DNA of 64,000 bases from the NCBI GenBank assembly GCA_951804945.1, contig OX638162.1, positions 5,580,001 through 5,644,000 of the forward strand, given 5' to 3'. The notes beneath the pieces are model-generated. The model worked only from the letters and a program-made list of their open reading frames with translations. It was not told the DNA's origin and ran no database searches. The translations under genes and the position numbers were made by a program. This DNA comes from Podarcis cretensis (taxonomy: Eukaryota). Positions 12,938 to 27,100 of the stretch are shown here, in pieces; positions within the stretch are counted from its first letter, which is position 1; each line of letters starts with the position of its first letter.

Positions 12938-15900
12938 CTGGGGGAAAAAAATAGAAAATGCAGATGACCAAGCACATTCCTTTAAAAAGGGTTTGTCGTG
13001 TAATCCACCAAGGTTCAGTCCCAAACAGATTTCAGCAGTTGCAAGACAATCCTAAAACTCTTCTCTCAAGGTCAAGAGCACAAAACTCATGAACAAATGA
13101 TAACCAGGGATGGGGGAGCCTGGCACAGGAAGGAAACAAGGTTGGAATGTGGCCATGGTTGGGAAAAGGTTGAGAAACACTGGGCTAGACTGTAGGAGGA
13201 GAGCCCCACCTTTCCCACATATTGAAACAATATGGAATAGACGAGGTCTTAAAGTTTCTGCTTCTCATGGAGCTGAAAAGGTACACAGAACCCTTTCTAA
13301 AGGGCAACAAAGTGTGAACCCACTAAAGATGTGGAAGGAGTGTGCAAAAGAGATGCTTTCCCCCCTGCTGCCTAAGTTTGTCTAGTTATATCACAGGTGG
13401 CATTAAGTAGATTGGGAGTGATCTGCAGTAGATTAGCAAAGATTTCTGACTCCCACAAAGCAGATTCTGCAAGTTAGAAGTCTGTTGACCTCAAATATGT
13501 ATCATTCAGTGCAAGCCTGCAAACCTACTTGGGTAGCTTTGCTAAACAAAACAAAAACCTCTCTCACGTTCCTAAATTTAACTGGACACACAAATTCAAA
13601 ATTGCTCAAATGCTCCCAGCTTGTAGAAATTAGCTGCAGATCCAAGTCTAGATGCAGTTTACAAAGCGAGGAAGTCTCATGTTTCTGAGAAGTATGAAGC
13701 CATGCTTGGTCTACTGAAGCAGTGCTGCAGGTTCCAGCTGTTTCTCATCATTCTCTCTCCTTTGTTTATGATGAAACATTTCATCTGTCATGGCAGAGAG
13801 GAAATGGATGCTGTTTGCTTATTTCCCCCTCAAAATCTGCCTAGAAATATACATCATTTTCAAAGGTAAAAAACAAAGAACTACAACTTGAAAAAAAGAA
13901 ACAAGGCATGTACTTTTGTAAATAAAGAAAATATTCTATCTATCTCTGCCTAGAAAAAACTTCTTGCTGTTTCAGTGTAACCTCACTGTATTCAATGAAC
14001 CTAAATGCACATTTATCAGGAAGATGAGCTCCTGCAGCATTTCCCAATAATTCTCCCATTACTTACGCATCACAAAAATCTTAAAGAACTCATACTACTT
14101 TGTGTGTAAAATGGGCATGGCTAGTTTCTGTATTATAGTAAAAGTTTTGTATTTGCGTTAGTACTGTAACGTATGATTGGGGTCCACACAGTGGAGGCAG
14201 GAACAGCATAAACAATGACATCGTCTATGAAGAGTTCAGAAGTCTGGCTGTAGCTAGTTGAATTTAGTCCGCCAGGGGGTGCTGTATTCCAGCACCAGAG
14301 ATAGTGCTTGAAAAGGACTGACTGCTTTAATTGGGAATGGGAGGTTTCCAGAGAACTTTGCTAGGTCAACAATGCAAAAGTCAGGTCAGGTTTCTAAACC
14401 CTGACCTTCAGGAACAAACATAGCACATTGAGCTTGACACCTACAACTTAGGAACACGGCTATCACTGGAATTTTTGAGATCTTGTTGGACTGCTTAGTG
14501 GTTAGCAACCTCAAGTACTTGGGCCTGTACATTGCAAAACAAGAAAGAACATGATGCAATGTAAGTTGGCTGAAAGTCTCCTGAGAAGAGGAGAAGGCAG
14601 TTCATCTGTTTCTGACGAAAACCGAAAACCTGAGGTGTCACTCCTGGGGGGAAAATCTGGGACCAAGCTACTCCTGTGTTGAGTTGCCTTTTAAACACTC
14701 ACCACTCCACTTGCCAGAATTATCAGGACATAATCAGACATGTACCTTCAAGAAGTGACTAGGAATGTATCCCTTTTCACTGGGGTCACAATGCACTACT
14801 CTAAACATCTACTCCCAACATCAACTTGACTAATGTTCAAATGATCTTCTGAAGTCCTTCTCCAAGTGCCCCCACAGGGGGTGAAAATAAGAGACAGAGC
14901 CTGTTTGGTCATGGCACCGTCTGTGGAATGCTCTCCCCACTGCCAAATCTTATGTCTTCCCAGCCCCAGGTGAGTGGAACACTTATCACCTAACTAGGCA
15001 TTTAATAATGTTGGATATATCTATTTAATGCTGCTTTTAAGGTTTTAATTGTATTTATAAGCTGTCCTGTCAGCTGTAGAATACAGTCGTACCTTGGAAG
15101 TCGAACAGAATCCATTCTGAAAGTCCGTTCAACTTCCAAAACATTTAAAAACCAAATCGCAACTTCTGATTGGCTGCAGGAAGCTCCTGCAGCCAACCAG
15201 AAGCCGTGGAAGCCCTGTCCAGACATTTGGCTTCCAAAAATAGTTCGCAAACTGGAACAGTCACTTTGAGGTTTGTGACATTCAGGAGCCAAAACGTACA
15301 AGTTCCAGGGCATTTGACAACCAAGGTACAACTGTAGAAGGATGGAGAAGATTAAAAATAAATACTGTTTACATTTCCTTTTGCCTGCTTATAGTTTAAT
15401 ATAAATGCTAATTTAAAGCTTTTTAAAGCCCAGGTTGTTCAAATTAGACCTAAAATTTCCCCCTCTTTTTCTTCAGGCCTTTTCCTGTTGTGACACCCAT
15501 CTGTGGAAAAGCAAGGCATGTCAGGCCCCATCATTATACTGCTTTAGGTAGTTGTAAGAGTCTGGGTTTTTTAGGTAGCCAGCCAGATACCTGTTTAATT
15601 TGCTAGCTTTGGGGCTCCTTTTGGGTTAATATTGTTTTATAGATTATAAAAGTTGTATATAATGTGTTAATATGACATCTGCTGTAATTGTGATGTTTAG
15701 CTTATGTCAAGTTGGGAACTGGGAGCCGGTCAGCAATAACTCATCAGGTGTCAGTAAAGTTAACTCTTTATTCAAAGAAGAAGCAAAACAGCTCAGGTCT
15801 AGTCAGCACAGCAAGTCTTCCTGTATTTCTGAAACAATGCCTGTAAGTGGTGTCTCCTGATCTCGAGGTAATTGCAGAAGTAACTCTTTATATATCTATC

Positions 15901-18900
15901 TGTAATGTAGTGGCAGTGGCAGAAAGCAATCGCTAGGTGGTGTGCTTGCTTCCAATGCGTCCTTGCTATGTATCAATCTATATAATGAGGGCTTCTGATA
16001 TACAATTTATAATGAGCACTTAGCGCTAGGTGCCACTATAAATCTATCAATATAATGAAGACGACTATAAATCTACTTGCATAATTAGAAGTTGGCATCA
16101 ACCAGAGGCTAGCCAGCTGGCCTGATAAGGAAAGGAGTCAACTGTGCAACAGGCCTATCTCAACCCAGCCATGCAGCTGGCACCCAGACATGAACTTGGT
16201 TCCCCCCCCAAAGAAAAAAAAATATGAAGGAAGGAACATGTACATCATTAAGAGCACCTGCACAGCCAGCTACTGAGCCTGTCCAGTGTCTATAAATGCT
16301 ACCCATCTCAGCAAAGGAGGGAGTTCCAGAAGAAGCACTGAAGAACCGAGGAACCAGAGGGAGAAGAACTGAAGGGGGACTGAAGAATCAGCAGTGCAGG
16401 GACCAGCTCGCTCACCACCTGGGTGTGTGACCTGCCCACCAGCCTGAAGGGTTGGCAGCAGTCTCTTAGCAGCTGACAGGGCATGCAGCTGAGCTTATAT
16501 GATTATTTATCTTTATCTGTCTCTATAACTGTTTGTATTTGTGCTTATAGTCTAGCGTATAAAAGGTAAAGGTAAAGGTACCCCTGCCCGTACGGGCCAG
16601 TCTTGACAGACTCTGGGGTTGTGCGCCCATCTCACTCAAGAGGCCGAGGGCCAGCGCTGTCCGGAGACACTTCCGGGTCACATGGCCAGCATGACATCGC
16701 TGCTCTGGCGAGCCAGTGCAGCACATGGAAACGCCGTTTACCTTCCCGCTGGTAAGCGGTCCCTATTTATCTACTTGCACCCGGGGGTGCTTTCGAACTG
16801 CTAGGTTGGCAGGAGCAGGGACTGAGCAACGGGAGCGCACCCCGCCGCAGGGATTCGAACCGCCGACCTTTTGATCGGCAAGCCCTAGGCGCTGAGGCTT
16901 TTACCCACAGCGCCACCCGCGTCCTAGCATATAGTCCTAGTCTAGCGTATAGTGTCATATTATTAATATTTATCAATTAATAAACTGCCTCCTTCTTTAC
17001 CTGGTGCCCTATTGGTTCTCCATCTGCTGTGATTCAAAAGAACCTATTGCCTGCACCTTGCTCTAAGAACTAGGCTAGGCAGCTGGTAATACACTTCCCA
17101 GTAGGTCTTGCCTCAATGAGGCAGTTGCAAGGATTGAAGGTCCTTGCCTTCCCACTGCTCTCTAAGTCTCCTCCTCCCCCAGGTTCTTCTGAAGCAACCT
17201 GAGACTTCTTCTCCTTGTCTGTCTTTGCTCTGCCCTCTTCATAACTCTTCAGGTACTGGGAGATAAGAGGGGAGGGGAGCTGGTCTCAGCAGGTAGACCT
17301 CTTGCCCCCCACCTTCTAGCCTCCACTTCTGCCTCTGATTCTGGACTGCCCTCTGCCACCACCTCTTCCTACTCACTAAACCCTGTTCCCTCTTCAGCTT
17401 CTGACACCTCCTCCACCCAGTCTTCTCTCTCTGACCACTCATGGTCATCCCACCACCACTCCCCGTGCTCTGGGTCTTCTTCCCTTGGGGGTTCCCCAGC
17501 TGGTGCTTCCCACCACTCCTCTGCATCCAGCCGGTTAATGGCAGCTTATTTTTTTGGTTGCTGCTTTGCTAAGAGTATTTTATAGGTTGTAATTGTTTTA
17601 TTGCTTATTTGTTAATTGTTTTACATTATTTATGCTGGATTTGTGATGTTATTGCTATTTATTGTTTATAAGCTGCTTTGGGATTCATTTGAATAAAGAG
17701 CAGCATAGAAATACAATAAATCAAATCAAACGAATCAATTTTGATGGCTGTTCTGGAACTGTTGTTTGTTTTCAGTTTGTTAATGTTCAGTTGAATTATA
17801 GGGCTTCAAATGAGGATTATTGTTTGTTTTATACTATTTTGTTACCAATTTGTTAGTTGCCTTGAGTTTCTTTGGAAAATTAGGCAGCACAGAAAACTTT
17901 ACACTAAATTGTTTTAATTTGAGCGCATAGAATGAAGGTCAAGTCAGAGACTTGAATAAAACCAAAACAGAACAGATATTCTTTCTAAGTTTCCAACTTT
18001 CAAAAAGGCCCTTACCTAGCATCAAGAACTGTGCGAGTGAAGTATCTGAGGTACTTGAATATGGACATCGAGTCTTGCTGTTTTAAGATTTCCTCCTCTT
18101 TGTATTTAAAGAGCGCCAAAGCAAACCGGAACATTACCTAAATGTTTGACAAACATCAGGTTACAAAAGAGAATGAGCAGTGTTTAAAATGCCACTTCAG
18201 TTAACTGCATGGAAGAGATGACTAACTATTTAGGCCACAAAAGCCTCATCCCCTCAACTACTAGAAAATTATGGTTAGTCTCGCTTCCCACTCTGTTGGC
18301 TTCAGAAACTCCATGAGGCACTGCCCACATGCATTCAAGGCACAAGAACTAGAACTCTGGTTTTCACAAGGAAAGCAGAGATTGGTGAGATGTCTAATTA
18401 TAGTGCAACAGCAGAGTCTCATGGAATTCACACAAAACTATTTGTCAATATTCTTCCAGAGGTAAATTTAGTTCATCCTATCAAATTCTCTAAGCAGTAT
18501 GAAAGACAGTCTTCAGAAAACATTAACACTTAATAGTCTGGTTTGGACATAACACTCAACTATTGTGAACAAGACTCAGGCTGTTCATTCATTCCCCTTC
18601 CTCTCCTCTCCTCCCCTTCCCCTGGCTTGGCTGCAGTTTAGCATTATGTCTAAACCCTAAACAGTGATTAATTTGAACTACATTATATTGAAACAAATCA
18701 ACTTCATAAACCAAGGTTTGAAGATGGTTTCAGTAAGTCATAGTTGACTGGACACAGCTGGCCAGGGTGCAGCCATAACATTAAACTGCAGTTAGTTAAA
18801 ACAGAAACTAAAACTTCCTATCTCCTCATGGCTGCACTGGAGGAGGGAACTAACAAGTTTAAGGCTCATTCACATTATGCTAAATCAGGGGTCAGCAAAC

Positions 18901-21136
18901 TTTTTCAGCAGGGGGCCGGTCCCTCAGACTTTGTGGGGGACTGGACTATATATTTTTTTGGGGGGGGGGAATGAACGAATTCCTTTGCCCCACAAATAAC
19001 CCAGAGATGCATTATTTAAAAGGGCACATTCTACTCATGTAAAAACATGCTGATTCCCGGACAGTCCGTGGGCTGGATTTAGAAGGCAATTGGGCCGGAT
19101 CCAGCCCCTGGGCCTTAGTTTGCCTACTCATGTGCTAAATCATAGCTTAGTCTGAACATTGCCAGCAATTCAATTTCTTTCCTCAAGCAATTGTTTCATC
19201 AGCAGTCATGAGAGATACAGGGCACAACCAACAGAAAATTCTCCTACCCAAGGCACATGGAAATGAATGGGACAACTGAGCTATTGCACAGCTCCTATTC
19301 ATTTCACTAATGTTTGGCAGGAGAATATCCCACTGGGTGGCATCTCAGCTCAGCTTTACCCACAGGTTCTACAAACATCAGGAAACATCCAGGGTTACGC
19401 CATGTACCTTTGGCCCCTCGTACAAAAAAGAGTCCCATATCTTGAAGAGTATGTCGCTGACCACACTGTCTACAAACACAACAAGGAACCAGTTGAAGGT
19501 GATGAGCGAGTAGTCCACTCTGTATTGCTCAAAGTGGGCATGCAGCCGAGGGAGTTTCTCACTCATCAAGTCCTTGAAGACTCTCTGGTCAACCTAAAGG
19601 AGTGCAAGACAAAGGAATACTCATTCAGAAAAAAATGGAACAAACAGTACTATCTTTTTTTTAAAAAATAAAATGGCAGCCTCACAAGGCCTTAAAGGAG
19701 GGTGACTGAATCTCTAATGCCAGAGCAAAATGGTATCTGATTAAAAAGGTAGCACTTAAAAGTAGGGATAATTTCTATAGAACAAGAACCCCATATGCAG
19801 AAATATAATATACACTGGCAGAAGGGACATTTATCAGTGTGAAAGAGCAAAAATCTAAATACATACAAGCTGACTAGTATGCCTAATTCTCAAAAAAAGC
19901 ATGTGGCTCATAACCAAAAGAGCCAGATTGCAGCTGGAGATTCACGTGACTGGATGTTTTATACACGCAAAACAAAAGGAAAGACTTCCTGTGTGTAATA
20001 ATCTACCAAGTCAGGGCAACAGGTTCTAGCCTAACTTCCATTTCAGTATGTGAGTTTTCTATATGCAGGGATGTGTATTTGTTGCATGTATGGAGAAAGA
20101 GCTTATCACTTATCTGGTGTTTGAGAGAACTAGGCCTTTAGGGGCTGAATTTGCATGCCGGCACACTCCATACCTGGGAGCCTAGTAAGGTTTTAGTATA
20201 ATAGTCCCGAGGCATGAAGACCTCCACTATTGTGACTAGGCACCAAAAGGCATCTTCCTGCTCCAAGTAGAGAAGCGCAATTGCCACCAGTCTGAAAGAC
20301 AGAAGATAAAACAGAACAATCTCATATTGCAAAACTGCAAGAATCTGGGTGCCATTAAAACTGATGCTGGAAAGTGATTGGCACTAATATATGAATTGAC
20401 CACAGAGAACGGCTAAAACGAGCACTGCTTGGCTTGTTTAAACATATATGCATACGTATTTCACCAGCTTCATCTGGTTCACCAGCTTTGGCCATTCCTG
20501 GACAGGCATAGTCCATCCATTAGGAACCTCGAGGCTAGTTTACTGCAATGTGTTCTATGTGGGGCTGCCCTCGGGCCTGGTTTAAAACCTCCAGCTGGTG
20601 CAGAATGTGGCAGCCAGACCATTGATAGGGGCACATAACCAACAACATGTGACCCAATTGTTAAAATATCTGGACTGGCTGCCCATCTACTACTGAGCCA
20701 GGCTCAAGATTTCTGCATTAATTTACATATCACTGATCAACTTAGGTCCAGGGTAAACCTCAGGGACCATCTGAACCCTTATGTCCCAGCTCTTTCACCA
20801 GTAGAAGCACTGCTGTTTGTCCTGAGTCGCTGGGGGTCATTTGACATCAAGGGTGAAGGACATCATCTCCCAAAATGTCCTCTCCATGGAATGCAGCCTA
20901 AAGATCTAGTGTGCACTTACAAACAACATGGAGCCATAAAGAGAGATGTCTGACCAGCTGAAGAGGCAAAAACACCAGCCGTCCATTACCATGTTCCTCT
21001 GCAAAATACCAGCAGCAGCAGCAAGTGCACCTGAATTGCAGCCAAGCACTTCAGGGTACCGGTCTATTCCTTGTTGCTGTTTCCACATCATCCTCCAGCA
21101 ATGAGGAAGATGGAGTGCCACCACTGCCCACCAGCA

Positions 21137-21185
<49 letters not shown>

Positions 21186-24100
21186 GAGAAGTCCTACAGC
21201 CAAGCACTTCTGGGGTACCAGTCCACGGGAAGACTGAGAGCCACCACTGCCACAATTCCTGCCCATCTGGTAAGTACTGCTGGTTTTTTAAAGGGTTTTT
21301 CTAGGGGTTTCAGAGGTTTAGATGGTATGTGTATTTCAATTATACACAATTCCGTGTATGTGTGCAGTGCCTCAGAACACAACTGCTGTGTAAACTGGGA
21401 GTTGCCTGTAGCCCTAGACCAATCTGGTTTATTGCTCAAAGGAATATTGCTGATGCTATTAGAAGGGTTCTGAATATGACTATTACTATTATTATTATTA
21501 CTACTACTATTGAATTTATATACTGCCCTATACTCGGGGGGGGGGGTCTCAGGGTGGTTCACAGAATAAAATTAAGATATAAAACCAAGATATAATTCAG
21601 CATGCACGCAAATGTAATTCTTCTGTAACTTTAATTTCACCTTCAAGACCTTTGATTGTATTGAATGGAGCTACTTCAGGAAACTCTTATCAAAGAGTTG
21701 TTTGGGAATAGATTTTTACATTTAACTGAGCATATTTATTCAGAATTCTAAGCTTGCATTACCCTTAGTGGAGTTAACTCCACAAATTTCACCATCAAAA
21801 GAGGGACCAAACAAGGCTATCCACTATTGCCACTCCAATTTGCAGCGGCAATAGAGGCTTTAGCTACAAATCTAAGAGATATCCAAATTCAGGGAACTGA
21901 ACATAAATTAAATCCATTTGCACACGATCTGCTAATATGTTCTATGATCCTAAAAGAGCTCTCTTGCCTCTACAGCAGACTCTTAGTATGTCTGCTAAGG
22001 TTGCTGGGTGTGTGTGGGTGTGGACTAGATGACCTTCTACAATTCTATGAAAAATTAATTAAAACAAGTTACAGATAGGTAGCCGTGTTGGTCTGCCATA
22101 GTCAAAACAAAATAAAAAAATTCCTTCCAGTAGCACCAACACTTAGTTGGTCTTTAAGGTGCTACTGGAAGGAATTTTTTTATTTTGTTTTAATTAAAAC
22201 AAATCAGTGATGTTTCCTATTTTCATTATTTCAGAACACAACTGGTTACACTCTAATTCTGGTTTTAAATTGCTATGTGGTGGATTCAGATATCTCAAAG
22301 TAGTAAAATCATGGAGTTATGTCAACTTTACTGAAGGAATTTTGGGGATCTTGACAAAAGGCTACAGAGGCATTTAAATTTAAGTTGGTTAGGCCAAATT
22401 GCAGCTGTGAAGGTGTGCATTCTTCATAAATCTCTATTTTTCTTTCAGGTCCTGCCCATAACTATCCCTCTTTCTCAATTGGCTCAATGGCAACACTTGA
22501 TTAATAATTTTATTTCAGGAGGTAAAGAAAGCAGGGTGTGCTGTCTAACCCTGCATTGACCAAGAACTAAGGGAGGTCTTGGTGCCCCAAATCTTAAGTT
22601 GTATTACGAGGCTTTCCAATTAAAACAGTTGACACATATGATTAACAACTCAGCTTCAACTCTATGGGCCAAAATGGAACTAGAACCCTTGCAACCCTCT
22701 CTTAATGCCTTACCCATCCTGAAAACTTCATGGGCTCACATTAGCAAAATAAGTAATCTGTTTCTACAGCTGACCCTTTGAATATGGCATAAATGGCAAT
22801 CACATTTAGTCCTTTGCCGTCGCCTTTAACTCCTATTTTAGATCACGCAGCCTTTTGCTTCAACAATAAATATCACCAGTTCCTATTGTGGAGATAAAGG
22901 GGAATCTCTATGTAATTTATGTTTCCCCTCTCATAACAAAATGACAATAAATATTTCTTTTTTAAAAAATAAATAAAAGTGAGACATGCCAAATGACTAC
23001 AGAAAATGAAGAAAACAGATTCTACCTGTTGAGACCCTGGCAATATCCTATGTCTGGGTTCCGCCAAGAAAATGCAAGCAAGACATTCCGCAGCTTCTGC
23101 ACTCCTTCAGATGTCAAAGAAGAGTAATGCTTGTTGTTGGGCAAAGTCCGCAGAAGATCTAGCTCTATCTGCTTTGAAGCCGGGTTCTGCTTCTTCAGGG
23201 CATTCTGAAGCAGTGATTGGAAGTAGCCGGGGTCCATGTGCTCTCTGAACTTCTTTACATGAAGGCCAATGCACCATTTCCACATCTGGGAGCGGTGGGC
23301 ATGCGGAATCCCATACCGAATGAGGTTCTTGAGTTCCACAGAACGCACCATCTCCCTGTTCATGGTGCTAGCCAGATAGTTCTCCCACTTCACCCCTGTG
23401 GACATCTCCTGATTTTCAGTAAGAGAGAGGGATTTCAGATCCAAGGCCCGAACCTTCGCTACCAGCTTCTCTTCCTCATCATCCTCTGGGACTGTCTGAA
23501 ACCCATAAATATCATATTCACTGTAAAGGAGAGAGAAATCTGATTAACCGGGAATCTTTAGGAATGAAAAAAACTCAAGCAAGAGAAAGGTGATATTCTG
23601 GAAGTTTGCTATATCTTTTGTGAGCTCAGAAAAATGCACTAAGTCCCCCCCCCCCCCATTCTGTTAACTCATTCATTTTAGTAAGGGAGCAGATGGCACT
23701 GTGGTCTAAATCACTGAGCATCTTGGGCTTGCTGATCGGAAGGTCAGCAGTTTGAGTCCGTGTGATGGGATGAGTTCTTGTTGCTCTGTCCCAGCTCCTG
23801 CCAACCTAGCAGTGCGAAAGTTTATCAGCGCAAGTAGATAAATAGGTACCATAGCGTTTCCGTGTGCTCTGGCACTCATCACAGTGCCCTGTTGCACCAG
23901 AAGTGGTTTAGTCATGCTGGCCTCATGACCCAGAAATCCATCTGTAGACAAATGCCTTGGCCTGAAGTGAGATGAGTACTGCACCCCATAGTCAAGTTTG
24001 ACTGGACTTAACTGTCCAGGAGTCCTTTACCCTTATACTTAAAGGGTTGTTGTTGTTTGTTTGTTTGTTTGTTTGTTGTTAATTTATCCATCATCTTTTA

Positions 24101-27100
24101 AGCCACTGTCTCAAAGCAATTTGCATATAAGGTAATTATGAGCAGTGAAAAATACAAAGACTACAAATACATTTAAAACAAGACAAAAACCCTAGCAAAT
24201 GGACAGTCATGGGAAAGACCTAGGAAAGCCTGTCAGAACACAAATATCTTCAATTGTTTCTGGAAAGTGTAAATAGTGGGAGTCTGTCATATCTCAACAA
24301 GAATACTATTCCATAGAGCAGGGGTGACCACCCCGAAAGTCTTGCTCTAAGATCTTTGGGTTTTGCATGAGAAATTCTTCTGCAGACTACAGCAATCTAC
24401 TGGATGTATAAGGTGGTCTCTTACGCTGATTTAACACTTCAAAGCATATGTGACAGATTTAATAGCAAAATAATTGCCAATGACAATCCTAAGGATTTAA
24501 TTACACCTGTGCTCACCAAAATTATTGAATGGTAATGCCATCGCACTGTGAAATTAAAAGTTTCCAATCTCAAACATTTTAACCATTATTTTGGCAAGGG
24601 ATAGGACTCGGAGCCTGGAGCTTCTCCATCCTCCCCTTTCCCAACAGCAGTCAGTGATCTTCCTTCACCTCCAGTTTCCAGTCTCCTGTTTTAGAGAATA
24701 TTTCCAAATATCTTGTGAACCATCCTGAAATCTTTTAGTGAAGGATGGTATATTATTATATTATATTATATTATATTATATTATATTATATTATATTATA
24801 GTAATTATAATTATTAAGTTAAATACTTCTTATAAGTGTTCAGACAAAAAAATTCTCAAGTTAGAAAACATACTGATTATACTTGAGTTAATTAATTTAA
24901 TCCAGGCTTTGCAACAAGGGATGGTACACCCCTCTTTCACACACACATTGAACCCACAAAATGTTTAAAAATATTTAAGGGGTCATCTTGCCAGGGAGGT
25001 TGCAGAAGTTCTAGCTCAGAGCAGCTCACCCTAAAAAGGTGTTAAATTCAGTCCCACTGTTCCCCAAAGAAAATACAATGCTACTGGCACCCATTCCAAA
25101 TGCACTGGTGTCTTAACATCACACAACAACACTTCACACAAGAACACAGGAAACTGCCTTCTACCAAGTCAGACAAATGACCAGCTAGCACAGATCTAAG
25201 GCACATGCTTTGCATGCAGAAGGTCTTAGGTTATGCCTACAGCATCTCCATGTAGAGAAGGGAAGGTCTAGAATTCTGGAGTCATTGCCAGTCAATTTTC
25301 CCCCCTGGTAATTGCTTTTATGTTCACTTTCTAGCACACAAAATGCAGTAATAACAATAAAGGAAGAGAATAAATCAAAACAAGAAAGGAAAAGGAAGAA
25401 GGCTATGAGGAGAGAAGAGGGAGTGGTTAGTATACTAAAAATAGTAGAACTCCAGACAATTGTCCTTCATAAGCATATTATCCAAGAACTGCTACCAGTC
25501 AGTGTTGACAATACTGAGCTAGATGGACCAATCATCTCACTCAGGGTATGGCATCTAAAGTCTACTCTACACCAATTCAGCACGAGCTCTCCCGGATTTC
25601 AGGCAGGGGATTCTCTCCTGGAAACTGAGGGACTGAACCCAGGCGCTCAACCACTGAGGTAGTTCCATAACTCTTACAACAGTCCTAACAACATGAGTCC
25701 TGTATTATCCTAGTACAGGTGGCAACCATTTCGCACAGAGGGCCCAGCCCCAGCCCCCATGTGTGCTGGTGGAGCATGCATATGTGCACCCCGTTTCACC
25801 CCACCCCAATTCTGCCCTCTTTCGGGTCCAAAAGGACTGCCAAAGGGCAACCAGGCAAAGACATAGTTGCAGTTAAGAGATTTAAAACTGCGAGTGCCAG
25901 CTTAGTCCCTCAGCTGCTACACTGCACTAGCTCTCAGAAAAGGCTGTGGTATTTTACTTTATATAGTTGTATCAAATGTGAAGTTATCAAGAGTCTTCTG
26001 TTTACCTGACCATGTGAGGTTTGAAGTATGTCTGCTCCAGGTGCTCACTGCTGTCCACTTTCAAGGCATCTTCCAGGAGCTGGGCCACCACATCATGACA
26101 AGGACCCTGCTCCTCTGAGCAAACTGGGGTCTTCATCTCTTGAAGCAAGATAAGATACTTACTTTCCACTTGGCAGAGCTTGGCTTCAAGGCTTGTATAC
26201 TGCAGAGAATACACCAAAAATTCTTTCAAATTGGCACTTGCAGAAACATTTCAGTGATGCATGGGAATCCATTTCAGTAAGCAAGTGAGTGAGTGAATAA
26301 GTGAGTGTATGCACAAGTTGTCCCTCTCCCATGAAGATAAAAGAGGGTTGAGAAACCTCAGTCCCAGAGGCCAAATGCAGCTATCTACGCCTCTTTAACT
26401 TTATGCCTGGGATTCTCCCCAGACCATAACACCTCCTCAAGTGCTTTTGCTTGGCCAGAATGCATGCATCCTGTGTGGAAGCAGGATGGAGAGATGCGTA
26501 TGTGCAGTAACCAATGATTTTTTGCATGGCTACAATCTCCTGCACAAAGGTAAGAGTCACATCCACGTGCATCTGCCTTGCCCACAACTGGTGTGTGTCA
26601 CCTGGAAGGCTGCCCATGAAGGAATGCTGCAAACCTAAGACTGAAAAAGGGTTCCCCACCTCTGAGATAAAACGATGTTGCAATTCCAGAAAAAGACAGA
26701 GGGTTCTGCAAATCAGCATAACAATTAGTTTTAAGTTCCTCTTTCTATATATTGCTTGAAATTTTCACTTCTGGCAATGAAAGCTAGCAGGATATTACTT
26801 TCAGTGTCAAGTGAAAGATTTACAATGAGCATCTGTGTTAAGCTGACCTTTGTCATCAAGTCTCTTTCTCTGTTTTCAGCAGTTCTCCGTAAAGCAGACA
26901 GTTCTAGGATCTCTTTATTTAAAAATTTGTTCTGGTTTTTATAACCCTGAAGACTATCCTGTGAACAAAAGATATGGATAAATATAGGTTATTTTAAAAA
27001 TATATTATGAGGAATACAAGCAGTAAGGACTAGTGAAGCTTGACCCAAGAAGCTCTACTTTTCTTGTGTTTTTAAAACAGTATATTGACACGCGGGGGGG

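Noticed and set aside
12293-12954. ORFs of 89-150 aa around the last exon and 3' UTR
   Set aside because: Antisense or out-of-frame shadows of exon 13 and the UTR.
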